The notes under the pieces were generated by a model that had not been told where the DNA came from, searched no databases, and saw nothing but the letters and a program-made list of their open reading frames with translations. From an uncultured Pseudomonadota bacterium (GTDB lineage Bacteria; Pseudomonadota; Alphaproteobacteria; Rs-D84): a DNA stretch of 64,000 nt. Every line of letters begins with the position of its first letter. The first letter of the stretch is position 1. A program made the translations under genes and the position numbers. This document shows, piece by piece, positions 1 through 9,225 of the stretch. The stretch covers positions 6,130 through 70,129 of the forward strand of contig CASDTC010000002.1 of NCBI GenBank assembly GCA_949283535.1, in the 5' to 3' direction.

Positions 1-1395
1 AATTTTTCGGGACGAATTAAATTAAACGAGGCGCCAAAAAGTGATGTTATTATTGGAACCAGTGGTACGGCAGTGTTTTCATCCGACCCGTTTGACAGAA
101 AGTTTGTATTGCGCCAATATAAGCCAATTCCGGCAACAATAGTATCCGAAGTGCGCGCCGATCCAAAATTATATGAAGAAGGTCAATCATTGCCTGTGCG
201 TGCAACAGTGGATCGCAATGTTTATTCTGACGATGGGCGGACAGTTGTAATTCCAACTGGAACATTAATGTTAGGATATGTTACTGGCAATTTACCAGGT
301 CCATATCAAACAATTGGTAGAATGGAAATAAAATGGTATCAATTTATATTGCCAAGTGGTGTTGAATTTAATTTTAATAATACAAATGCGCCATTTTCTG
401 GTGATTCCCAGGGGCGCGCCGGTGTACCGGGGCATGGCAGTACCGATTATGTTGAACAATTGGTGATGCCAATGCTGACCGCGATTGTACCGGCGGCGGT
501 TAATATGATTGCGCCAATTGCCGATACATTTATTAATCAAATTGATTTAGATAATAATACCGTTGTTCAAAGCGGTACAGTGCGTTCATCAGAACTGGCA
601 AAGCAAGAGGTTATAACCGCATGGAACCAGGTTGCGCAAAAATTAATTGTTGATGCAATGGACAATACAATTCCGCCATTTTCAATTGCCGCCGGTACGC
701 GTATAACCGTATATTCCCCAATGGATTTAGTCATTACATGTGGCAATAACGACAAAGAATGTTCTGTCAGCAAGGTTCGATCAGCAACAGGTTTAGCAAG
801 TGAAGCAAAACGAAATTTCAGATTTGATGAGTGGGTATCACAAACTGCAGAAGCAGATTATACTGATGGTTCATGGGTTGGTCAGGCACGTTCATTCAAT
901 ATGATGGAAGAATATTGTGAACGTGGTGAAGATGGATTATGGACGGTTAAAGATAATGCAACAGAAAGCATATATCAGGCGGGTTATGATTACAGAACTG
1001 TTTTGATGTTTTGTGAATCGTTGAATTATCAAGCGATCAATAATGCACGTCAAGATGCACTGTATCAAAATCAGCAAGAACAGTTCAAGAGCAGTTACAA
1101 TACTGGTTCAAATTTCAACGAAACAGGTACATTAACCGGTATCAGTGGCAGTCAAGCGTATAACGAAGATATATTGGGGCTGACATATGACGACAGTGGC
1201 GCAATTCAAAATCCATTTATTGAAACCGCAACCGAAGAAGAAGCCGCCGTTACGGAAACTGTTATTACATGTCCAGATGGTGGCGCACCAGATGCAAATG
1301 GATGCTGTGCCGGTGAAATATATACAGATATGGGTGAACAAGGGTTTAATTGCTGTCCAGAATCTGGGGGCGATTGTTTCCCGCCAATATTATAA
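1..1395 (+). CDS. VirB10/TrbI-family type IV secretion protein, 5'-truncated by the window edge, with a cysteine-rich C-terminal extension
   Basis: Frame 1 is open from nt 1, with no stop before the GTG at 73. The segments VVIPTGTLMLGYV, GRMEIKWYQFILPSGVEF, GDSQGRAGVPGH and AGTRITVYSPMDL follow the conserved TrbI/VirB10 C-terminal barrel pattern. About 215 further residues with 10 Cys follow. A hairpin terminator lies just after the stop. Confidence 0.7.
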   Translation, partial: NFSGRIKLNEAPKSDVIIGTSGTAVFSSDPFDRKFVLRQYKPIPATIVSEVRADPKLYEEGQSLPVRATVDRNVYSDDGRTVVIPTGTLMLGYVTGNLPGPYQTIGRMEIKWYQFILPSGVEFNFNNTNAPFSGDSQGRAGVPGHGSTDYVEQLVMPMLTAIVPAAVNMIAPIADTFINQIDLDNNTVVQSGTVRSSELAKQEVITAWNQVAQKLIVDAMDNTIPPFSIAAGTRITVYSPMDLVITCGNNDKECSVSKVRSATGLASEAKRNFRFDEWVSQTAEADYTDGSWVGQARSFNMMEEYCERGEDGLWTVKDNATESIYQAGYDYRTVLMFCESLNYQAINNARQDALYQNQQEQFKSSYNTGSNFNETGTLTGISGSQAYNEDILGLTYDDSGAIQNPFIETATEEEAAVTETVITCPDGGAPDANGCCAGEIYTDMGEQGFNCCPESGGDCFPPIL

Positions 1396-1429
1396 AAATC
1401 AGCCCGCCAGATGGCGGGCAGTATTTTTA
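1396..1429 (+). terminator. Rho-independent terminator
   Basis: Stem GCCCGCC/GGCGGGC with a short loop, followed by a T-run, directly after the stop of the VirB10-like CDS. Confidence 0.7.
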
Positions 1430-1686
1430 TAAAAGCAATTGAAAAACAAAGGGGTATAAACTATATAAACAGAAACATAAAAAAATATATAGCCGTGCGC
1501 ACATATTTGTGCGCATTTTTTATTTGTACGAATGGTATTTTATCGATTCGCACAAACATTATTAAAAACACAAAACGAATCAGAAAATCGATTCGTTTTT
1601 CAACCAATGGTTGTAATCTTTTACAGATTACAATTGTTTGTTTATAAATTTCATCTGTATCAGATTTAATAAAGGAGGAAATAAAC

Positions 1687-2034
1687 ATGACATCACAAAA
1701 TATGCAAAATTTACCACAGGCAGAAAAATTTCAAAATGCAGAACAATTATGGTTTTGGTTCTTGTATTCACGCGCCGTTCAAAACGGTTTTAATCGAAAT
1801 GCCGGGGCGGCAACACGACGCGTTTGCGAATTGTTGGATGTCGAAACACTGATTACAAAATTGTATTTATCAGGTCAACTGACAGATGAACAATTAAATG
1901 TTATGAAAAAATTTGGCGACCGACGTCGCGCACCACATCAATATATATGGTCTGAAAACCGCGCCGCCGCGTTATGGCACAGTGCAATGGACACAATAAA
2001 TGTCGCCGCAACCGCACGCGGTTGGATTGAATAA
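1687..2034 (+). CDS. hypothetical protein (115 aa)
   Basis: ATG is preceded by a strong SD (AAAGGAGG). The ORF is followed by a CGGGGC/GCCCCG terminator. I recognise no motif. Confidence 0.6.
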   Translation: MTSQNMQNLPQAEKFQNAEQLWFWFLYSRAVQNGFNRNAGAATRRVCELLDVETLITKLYLSGQLTDEQLNVMKKFGDRRRAPHQYIWSENRAAALWHSAMDTINVAATARGWIE

Positions 2035-2155
2035 AAACGGGGCATGTATGCCCCGTTTTTATAAAGTGCAAAGTGCAGGGTTCAAAGTGCAAATGTTGTG
2101 TCGCTGCGCGACGACATAAATTACTGGATTGCCACGATATGCCGCGCATGACAGA
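2033..2155 (+). repeat. composite repeat module: terminator hairpin + CAAAGTGCAAAGT box + GTCGC..GCGAC hairpin + CTGGATTGCC..ATGACAG hairpin
   Basis: AAAAACGGGGC-loop-GCCCCGTTTTT, then AAAGTGCAAAGTGCAGGGTTCAAAGTGCAAA, TGTGTCGCTGCGCGACG and TACTGGATTGCCACG...GCGCATGACAG. The same ordered modules recur at 29018-29140, 59040-59180 (inverted) and 63149-63233. Confidence 0.8.
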
Positions 2156-2187
2156 AATGTGTTTAATATGCAAATAAAGGATAAAAA

Positions 2188-2541
2188 ATGATTATAATTG
2201 GTTTTGCAAATAATACATCTAAATTACTGCCACGGATTTTTTGCCGACCGCCGCGACACTGTGCGCCAATTGTGCGCGTGGCGCCAAACAAATATATAAT
2301 GTATCAATTTGTACGCCGCGGACAAGTTGCGCAAATATCACTGAATTCGCGCGCGATAAAATTACTGCGTGCAAATGGATGGCAATTTATAAATGTGGAT
2401 GTCGCCCCACCCCACAATTTTATGCACCGCGCGCGACATGCGCATTCATGCGTTGCATTATGTAAATATGCAATTGGTATTTATGCACCATTTATTCAAA
2501 CACCGCGGGCGTTATTTAATATGCTGCAACACAATGTATAA
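2188..2541 (+). CDS. hypothetical protein (117 aa)
   Basis: ORF between two terminators. It contains His...Cys segments (RHCAPIV, HSCVALCKYAIGI) that could indicate a small permuted thiol peptidase fold, but I cannot support that from sequence alone. Confidence 0.45.
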   Translation: MIIIGFANNTSKLLPRIFCRPPRHCAPIVRVAPNKYIMYQFVRRGQVAQISLNSRAIKLLRANGWQFINVDVAPPHNFMHRARHAHSCVALCKYAIGIYAPFIQTPRALFNMLQHNV

Positions 2542-2566
2542 AAATCGCCCATATGGGCGATTTTTA
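2541..2566. terminator. bidirectional rho-independent terminator
   Basis: AAAAATCGCCC-ATAT-GGGCGATTTTT lies between the convergent 2188-2541 (+) ORF and yidC (-). Confidence 0.75.
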
Positions 2567-4144
2567 TTTATTCAGACGCTTTATATAATACATCTGACCG
2601 ATGCCGAATATGTTTGATACCGTCCAATACAAAACCAACCCCGCCGGCATCCATGCAAACATCACAGTAAATATTAATGGCATCCATTTCATTACTTTTT
2701 GTGTTTGGGCAACCGCGTCATTATTTGCGCCATTGGATGCCGTTGATGCAGTTTGTAATTTCTGTTGCAGCCACATTGTTGCCCCCATCAATATCGGTAA
2801 TATAAAGTATGGATCCATTGACGCCAGGTCTGATATCCATAAAAAGTGTGCGCTGCGCATTTGGACAGATATTAACAACGCCTTGTACAATGCAAAAAAT
2901 ATCGGTATCTGTATCAACATCGGCAGGCACCCTGACATCGGTGATGTTTTATGGGTTTGATACAGACGCATCATTTCCATTTGCATGCGTGCCTTGTCAT
3001 TTGCATACAGTTTTTGAATGCGTGCCATTTCAGGCTGCATTTTCTGCATCGCCATCATGGATACATATGACTTACGGGTCAGCGGCCACATCGCCAGGCG
3101 CAATAATAATGTCATTATTATTATCGCAACACCATAATTCATTACAACCGAATTCAGCATATACAACAGCCATAAAATTGGACGGACAAAAAACCAGAAC
3201 CAACCATAATCAACGGTTTTATCTATGCCAGATATCATTGAATCTGCGGATTGTAAAATACGATGATCGCGCGGTCCCATATACAGGTTTGTTGTTATCG
3301 TATCTGTCGCCCCGGGTGCAATGGAAACCGCAGCGGCGGTGGCATCTGCCTGGAACATATTGCCCAATGGCTTTACACGCATTGTTTGATCAACACTGTC
3401 AATTGACAGAACTGTTTCCCAATACTGGTCAACAAAACCAATAAATCCATTTGTCGTTGAATATGCATACGATTTATCTGCGATACGGTTCCAATCTTCG
3501 TGTTCGATATCCGAATTTACATATGCAACCGCCCCAGTATATACCCCCGCCGAAGATGTCATGTCATTCGCACGAACAATTCGTGCATATGGCGCAACAG
3601 ATATTTCTGTATCAGATGTATTATTAATTTTATCCGCCACAGATATGACATATCCATCAATCGTTATTGTACGCGTAAATTCAATACCATCTGAATTACG
3701 CCATGTATATTCATTACCATTTTGTGTCCAAACTGTTTCTGGGGTCGGTGCAGATGTTCCCGGTGCCAGTACCCCGATTTCGGCAAATGCCCCATTGGTT
3801 GATAACAAAGATACAGGCGATGCATTATCGTCAGATGCATCAGATGAATATTTCAATAATTCTATGTTTGATATACGCAATCCCTGGACATCAGCCGTCA
3901 GATTTTCAGATGAAATTTCTGACACCGGGACAGCAGATAAATCGGCATGTTCAATCTGGTCCGCAGAGGCGGTATTTTGTGTGTTTTCAGTTTTGGGCGT
4001 CATCCACCACGACATTAACCACCATGCTGCCAAAAATAATATTAACCACCATAAAAAACCGCCCAAACGCGATTTTTTTGTTGACGCATCACGCGCGGCA
4101 TTCCACTGGCGAAAGCCGGAATTATTATCAAGATATTTTACCAT
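2564..4144 (-). CDS. yidC: membrane protein insertase YidC
   Basis: 526 aa with an N-terminal TM, a large periplasmic domain and a C-terminal 5-TM core. The core carries typical YidC segments (YGVAIIIMTLLLRLAMWPL, SGCLPMLIQIPIFFALY, LVLYWTVSNIFGIGQ). Confidence 0.9.
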   Translation of the reverse strand: MVKYLDNNSGFRQWNAARDASTKKSRLGGFLWWLILFLAAWWLMSWWMTPKTENTQNTASADQIEHADLSAVPVSEISSENLTADVQGLRISNIELLKYSSDASDDNASPVSLLSTNGAFAEIGVLAPGTSAPTPETVWTQNGNEYTWRNSDGIEFTRTITIDGYVISVADKINNTSDTEISVAPYARIVRANDMTSSAGVYTGAVAYVNSDIEHEDWNRIADKSYAYSTTNGFIGFVDQYWETVLSIDSVDQTMRVKPLGNMFQADATAAAVSIAPGATDTITTNLYMGPRDHRILQSADSMISGIDKTVDYGWFWFFVRPILWLLYMLNSVVMNYGVAIIIMTLLLRLAMWPLTRKSYVSMMAMQKMQPEMARIQKLYANDKARMQMEMMRLYQTHKTSPMSGCLPMLIQIPIFFALYKALLISVQMRSAHFLWISDLASMDPYFILPILMGATMWLQQKLQTASTASNGANNDAVAQTQKVMKWMPLIFTVMFAWMPAGLVLYWTVSNIFGIGQMYYIKRLNK

Positions 4145-4690
4145 TTATTTTTCCTTGTTTGATTTTACAGAATCCAGACAGCGACGACGCGCCAAGTACC
4201 AATTTAATATAAATAAAATTACACCAATTACAATACACATATCTGCAATATTAAATGCCGGCCAATGCCACGCACCAATATGAAAGTCCAAGAAATCAAC
4301 CACCGCGCCAAAGCGAATGCGATCAATCAGATTCCCCAGCGCGCCCCCAACAATTAATGCCAATGGTATACCTTCATATGATTTAGCACGCGCAAATAAA
4401 TAATATGCGATAAATCCAATGATAAAACCAGTTGCAATTATTATGATTAATGGCGCTGTTTCACCCAGACCACGCAACATTGAAAATGATGCGCCCGGAT
4501 TCCATGTAAAGACAATATTAAAGAAATCACATACACGCATCATCATATATGGCACCGGCACAACATCCCACGCCGCGCCAAACCATGGTATGCCACCAGT
4601 TATTAAATATAATAATATTCCCTTGGATATCTGATCCAATGCAATTGCACCAATAATAATCCCCAGATATTTTAAAATTTTATTTTTCAT
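4145..4690 (-). CDS. lspA: lipoprotein signal peptidase II
   Basis: LspA-like segments are present (DQISK, WNPGASFSML, ALIVGGALGNLIDR, VVDFLDF, WPAFNIAD). I chose the internal ATG (MKNKILKY) at 4690 over the ORF-track start at 4753. The stop abuts the yidC start. Confidence 0.85.
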   Translation of the reverse strand: MKNKILKYLGIIIGAIALDQISKGILLYLITGGIPWFGAAWDVVPVPYMMMRVCDFFNIVFTWNPGASFSMLRGLGETAPLIIIIATGFIIGFIAYYLFARAKSYEGIPLALIVGGALGNLIDRIRFGAVVDFLDFHIGAWHWPAFNIADMCIVIGVILFILNWYLARRRCLDSVKSNKEK

Positions 4691-4742
4691 TACTTTTCCT
4701 GTTTTTCGAAATATAACAGTATGGACAAATAAAATCAAATAT

Positions 4743-4769
4743 AAAAGTCCCAATATATGGGACTTTTAT
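4743..4769 (-). terminator. Rho-independent terminator downstream of the K+ antiporter gene
   Basis: AAAAGTCCCA-loop-TGGGACTTTT hairpin between the stop at 4788 and the lspA start. Confidence 0.6.
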
Positions 4770-4787
4770 TATATTTATATTTTGATA

Positions 4788-6494
4788 TTAATTTCTGTCG
4801 GCAATTGTTTTTTCAACCCCAGAATAATTATCGGCACGCATCGCGTTCAGCAAATTATCAATCTGGCGTTCTGGCACCCCCAGGTGTGATAACACGCCAT
4901 ATCCCAAAAAGAATGATGATTCTATTGTTTCTGGTAATGCCTCTATGACCCCTTCTTTTAATAATTCTTTGGAATCTGCCAGGTTGCGGGCGCGGGCAAA
5001 AATCTTTACACGCGGCGCAATATTACGCACAGTATGTATTGTATTACGCGCCGTAGCGACATTATCCAGCGCAATTACAACCGCACGCGTACGGCGCGGT
5101 GCCAGCCCAAAATCACGCAAGACAGCATCACTGGTGGTATTACCATATACAACATTATAACCATGCGCCCGCCCCATCATTACCGCATTTACATCTAAAT
5201 CGATTGCGACATATGGTATCTTTTCTGCCGTTAACATTTGTGCAATTATTTGACCAACACGACCAAATCCACATATTACAACAACAGGTTTTACACTGCT
5301 GTCTTTATCTTCAACAGTATTTAGTGGATATTTGGATAAAATTTTCCCATGACGGCGCAACCAATCAAATATAGCCATTAATATCGGCGTTAACATTATA
5401 GACACAATTATTATCGCAGTTAAAACTTCTTGATGGGTTTGTGGCAATGCGTCAATGCCAGATGTCTTCATCGTTTGCAACATTAATAACCCGAATTCAC
5501 CCCCCTGTGCTAAAATCAATGCAATCATTGATGCATCTGGGACAGATACATGACGCACGCGTGCAACAATAAATATTGCAATAAATTTTATTATAACCAG
5601 TCCAGCAACACCAGCTAATACAATATACCAATATTCACCCAAAAACGGCAGATTCAATCCCATTCCCAATGATATGAAAAAGAATGCCATAAATAACATT
5701 GCATATGGCGATATTTCCGCACTGACCTGGTGCCGATATATTGTTTCGGATAACAACATACCCGCCAAGAATGCCCCCAATCCGACCGGCAATCCCATTA
5801 AATCCATAACCACCGCCCAAATAATAATATTTAGCATAATGGTCAGTAAAAATACTTCTTTGGATTTTAGTTTCGCAACCAGGCGCATTAATGGATTTAA
5901 TATAAAACGCCCAACAATCACAACACCGATAATTAATGCAACAGATAAAACAACAACATCTATCGCTGTTGCCCCCAGATTAAAACTTTTACCGGCAAAT
6001 ACTGGCAACATTGCCAATAATGGAATTGATAGCAAATCTTGGAACAGCAATATTGAAAATGTCTGACGCCCCATATTCGTGTTTAATTGATTGCGGTCTG
6101 TTAATAGTTGCATGTCTTCGGATGTACTGGACATTGCCAATAATAACGCAACCATTATACATCCCAGCATCGACCATGGTGTTATGCCCGCCAATATCGG
6201 GAACAACATAACCGCAACCATTAATACCTGGGCGGCACCAAACCCAAATATTGTGCGCCGCATATCCCACAGACGGCGCATATTTATTTCCAACCCCAAA
6301 CTGAACCACAAAAACAGGATTCCTAAATCCCCCAGGAATGTCCATGTTTCTGTCAGCTGAAATAAATTTAAAACATATGGTCCAGATATTATCCCCGCCA
6401 ATAAAAATGCAACCAATGCACCAATACGCGCAACACGCAATATGCACATCAGTACAAACAGTATTGCAAAAAATATTAAAATTGCCGTGGTCAT
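4788..6494 (-). CDS. CPA2-family monovalent cation:proton antiporter (KefB/KefC-like) with a C-terminal TrkA-N/RCK domain
   Basis: 568 aa. There are about 12 TM helices, then a Rossmann motif VVICGFGRVGQIIAQML and an RCK-like tail. Confidence 0.8.
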   Translation of the reverse strand: MTTAILIFFAILFVLMCILRVARIGALVAFLLAGIISGPYVLNLFQLTETWTFLGDLGILFLWFSLGLEINMRRLWDMRRTIFGFGAAQVLMVAVMLFPILAGITPWSMLGCIMVALLLAMSSTSEDMQLLTDRNQLNTNMGRQTFSILLFQDLLSIPLLAMLPVFAGKSFNLGATAIDVVVLSVALIIGVVIVGRFILNPLMRLVAKLKSKEVFLLTIMLNIIIWAVVMDLMGLPVGLGAFLAGMLLSETIYRHQVSAEISPYAMLFMAFFFISLGMGLNLPFLGEYWYIVLAGVAGLVIIKFIAIFIVARVRHVSVPDASMIALILAQGGEFGLLMLQTMKTSGIDALPQTHQEVLTAIIIVSIMLTPILMAIFDWLRRHGKILSKYPLNTVEDKDSSVKPVVVICGFGRVGQIIAQMLTAEKIPYVAIDLDVNAVMMGRAHGYNVVYGNTTSDAVLRDFGLAPRRTRAVVIALDNVATARNTIHTVRNIAPRVKIFARARNLADSKELLKEGVIEALPETIESSFFLGYGVLSHLGVPERQIDNLLNAMRADNYSGVEKTIADRN

Positions 6495-6524
6495 GAATAT
6501 ATTCTCTCTCTTATATACATGATA

Positions 6525-7352
6525 TTATATCAAAATATGTGCCATTTTCGCAAATGTTTCTGGGGCAATTTCTTCGGCGCGTTCCGTTCCAGTTAAGCCA
6601 AATTGCGCCCAATCAACATTTGGCATTATGCCGCGTATCATCTTTCGACGCTGGCCGAATAATTTTGCGGTTAATTTGCCAACGGCATCTATATCACCCA
6701 CAATACGAATTTTTTCGGTGTTTGGAATAAGTTGCACAACCGCACTTTGAACCTTTGGTCGTGGAACAAACGCGGTATTTGGAACATCAAATAAAATACG
6801 CGCATCAGATACCAATGATACCAATACCGATAACCGCCCATATTCATCATCGCCGGGACGGGCAACAATACGGCGTGCAACTTCGCGTTGAAACATTAAT
6901 GTCATGGATTTTATTGGCGCGCCGTGCGCAACCGCGGTTAACCAATTAACCAATAATTCTGTGCCAACATTATATGGTAAATTTGAACATATTGCATATT
7001 CAGACAATCCAAATTCAGAAATTTTAACCCGCATTGCATCGCCATATACAACCGTTAATCGTCCATCAGATGCCGCGACAATTTCATCCAGTATTGGTTT
7101 AGTTGTTTCATCTTTTTCAATCGCAATAACGCGCGAAGCGCCCGCTAATAATAAAGCACGCGTCAACCCGCCAGGACCTGGTCCAACCTCTATCACATCT
7201 GTGGTGGTTATATCTGGCACACTGCGTGCAATACGACCTGTTAAATTTAAATCAAATAAAAAATTTTGCCCAAATTGTTTTTTGGGTTCCAATCCCGCAT
7301 TACGCATCATTTCGGCAACAGGCGGCAAAGATTTTATTTTATCTGTATTCAT
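6525..7352 (-). CDS. rsmA: 16S rRNA (adenine1518/1519-N6)-dimethyltransferase
   Basis: The N-terminus KKQFGQNFL, the SAM motif VIEVGPGPGGLT and the NLPYN motif are characteristic of KsgA/RsmA. Confidence 0.9.
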   Translation of the reverse strand: MNTDKIKSLPPVAEMMRNAGLEPKKQFGQNFLFDLNLTGRIARSVPDITTTDVIEVGPGPGGLTRALLLAGASRVIAIEKDETTKPILDEIVAASDGRLTVVYGDAMRVKISEFGLSEYAICSNLPYNVGTELLVNWLTAVAHGAPIKSMTLMFQREVARRIVARPGDDEYGRLSVLVSLVSDARILFDVPNTAFVPRPKVQSAVVQLIPNTEKIRIVGDIDAVGKLTAKLFGQRRKMIRGIMPNVDWAQFGLTGTERAEEIAPETFAKMAHILI

Positions 7353-7948
7353 AATTCTTTACGCCCCCCGAATGCCAATGACAATGTCCCATCGTCCAGA
7401 TAATCTAAATCACCGCCCAATGGCACCCCAGATGCCAATTCAGAAAAACGCAGCGTGGAATCTGTGCCAATTACAGACATCACATAATGTTGTGTTGTTT
7501 TTCCTTCGACCGTATTGGGTAATGCAAAAATAACCTCGCTGATATTTTCATTTTTTATGCGTGCGGACAAATTTACAATATTTAAATCATCTGGCATTGT
7601 CCCAGCAACCCCAGACAGCAACCCACCCAATATATGATATCGTCCATGAAATACCGCAGATTTTTCCAATATCCAAACATCTGATAAATCGCGCACAATA
7701 CACAATTGTCCATTTGCCCGCGCCGAATCACGACAAAATTCACATGCCCCAATATCTGCATCTGTTAACACCCCACATATTGGACATGGGCGGATTGTAT
7801 GCGCCGCATCCAGTAATGCATTTGCCAAACTTTCCGCACGACCCGTTTTATCCTGTAATAATGCCAGAACAATACGCTGGGCGGCACGCGCACCCAAACG
7901 CGGTAAACGCGCAAACTGCTTTATCAATTTTTCTATCTTTGAATTCAT
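7349..7948 (-). CDS. recR: recombination protein RecR
   Basis: An HhH N-terminus (LPRLGARAAQRIVLALL), a C4 zinc finger (CPICG...CEFC) and a Toprim region are present. It overlaps rsmA by 4 nt. Confidence 0.9.
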   Translation of the reverse strand: MNSKIEKLIKQFARLPRLGARAAQRIVLALLQDKTGRAESLANALLDAAHTIRPCPICGVLTDADIGACEFCRDSARANGQLCIVRDLSDVWILEKSAVFHGRYHILGGLLSGVAGTMPDDLNIVNLSARIKNENISEVIFALPNTVEGKTTQHYVMSVIGTDSTLRFSELASGVPLGGDLDYLDDGTLSLAFGGRKEL

Positions 7949-7964
7949 GATTTATTAAATACCT

Positions 7965-9146
7965 TTAATGAAAAATATAACAATCAAATCCAGCACCACC
8001 GCACTGATTGCGAATATTTTTTGCCGCACTTTCAGACAGGTTATTTGCACGAACACGGAACATGCCGTTTGGTGCAGCCTCTATCACAGCATTTACACCC
8101 AATGCAGATTTTACACTGGCAACCTGGCTTTGTGCCGCAGTTTGCGATGAAAATGCGCCGAACTGAACCCCCGCATTTCCAGTTTTATTGCCCGATGTAT
8201 TACGCGTTGCAGCATATTGTGGCGTCGCCGCAGACCGCGCTGCATTATATGCCGATGCAAATGTTGACGCATTATTTGATGTCGCCGGCGCAGATGTTAC
8301 AGATGTTGCCACAGGCGCCCTATATGTATTCACAACAACCGGTGTTGTATCGTTTGCAATTGCATCAAATCCCTTGTTCAACATGCTTGTCGCCACATTT
8401 GCACGAATATCCTTGCTTTCTGCGCCCAGCACAACCGCAATCAAATGATGTTCATTACGCGCGGCGGTGGCAACCAATGAATACCGCGATTTGTTTGTAT
8501 ACCCCGTCTTCATACCATCACAGCCCGGATATGTCCCCAGCAATCGATTCCCATTTGTATATGTTTTACCGTTATATGTCCATGTTTTTATTGAAAAATA
8601 TTTCCAATATTGTGGAAAATGTTTATATACCGCCATTGATAATAATGCAATATCACGCGCAGTTGATAAATGATCATCATCTGGCAAACCAGATGAATTT
8701 TCAAAGTTCGTTCCAGATAATCCAATCTCATTTGCAACGCGGGTCATCAGTGCGGCAAACGAGCCTTCCATTCCGCCTTTTAAATTTTCTGCCAATACGC
8801 GGGCGACATCATTGGCACTTAATACCGTCAACGCCTTTATCGCGTCTTCGACCTTTATTTTGCTGCCCGCCGTCAGTCCTAATTTTACAGGCGATGCAGC
8901 CGCCGCAGACTGGGACACAATTAAATAATCGTCCAAATGTAATCGCCCATGTTCCAATGCATCAAATGTTAAATACAGGGTCATTATTTTCGTCAAACTG
9001 GCGGGATAATTTTGCACATTTGCGTTTTCTTGGTACAACACGCGACCCGTATCCATATCAGCAACCAATGCCGCGCGATATTGGGCGCCGACAGACGGTG
9101 TAATTAATACAATCCCCAACAAAAATCCACAAATCCATCCTTTCAT
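7965..9146 (-). CDS. D-alanyl-D-alanine carboxypeptidase (class C PBP) with a C-terminal SPOR domain
   Basis: Signal peptide, SLTK (SxxK), SSG and KTGYT motifs. A Ser/Thr/Ala-rich linker follows, then a SPOR-like tail (GVQFGAFSSQTAAQSQV...FRVRANNLSESAAKNI). Confidence 0.8.
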   Translation of the reverse strand: MKGWICGFLLGIVLITPSVGAQYRAALVADMDTGRVLYQENANVQNYPASLTKIMTLYLTFDALEHGRLHLDDYLIVSQSAAAASPVKLGLTAGSKIKVEDAIKALTVLSANDVARVLAENLKGGMEGSFAALMTRVANEIGLSGTNFENSSGLPDDDHLSTARDIALLSMAVYKHFPQYWKYFSIKTWTYNGKTYTNGNRLLGTYPGCDGMKTGYTNKSRYSLVATAARNEHHLIAVVLGAESKDIRANVATSMLNKGFDAIANDTTPVVVNTYRAPVATSVTSAPATSNNASTFASAYNAARSAATPQYAATRNTSGNKTGNAGVQFGAFSSQTAAQSQVASVKSALGVNAVIEAAPNGMFRVRANNLSESAAKNIRNQCGGAGFDCYIFH

Positions 9147-9163
9147 TTCAAGGATTATTTTAG

Positions 9164-9203
9164 TAAAAAAACACGGTGGCGGTCAATATAAATCCCGCCA
9201 CCG
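9164..9203 (-). terminator. Rho-independent terminator after pyk
   Basis: On the minus strand, GGTGGCGG-loop-CCGCCACC is followed by GTGTTTTTTT. Confidence 0.65.
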
Positions 9204-9225
9204 CATGTAATCAAATGGATAATTA

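Noticed and set aside
4691-4753. N-terminal extensions in the ORF track for lspA (21 codons), and likewise for rplU (59794-59898, 35 codons) and the 36691 gene (38119-38139)
   Set aside because: Internal ATGs give canonical N-termini (MKNKILKY.., [14 protein letters not shown].., and MRRIAIS.. with a strong SD). The upstream codons overlap promoter or terminator sequence.
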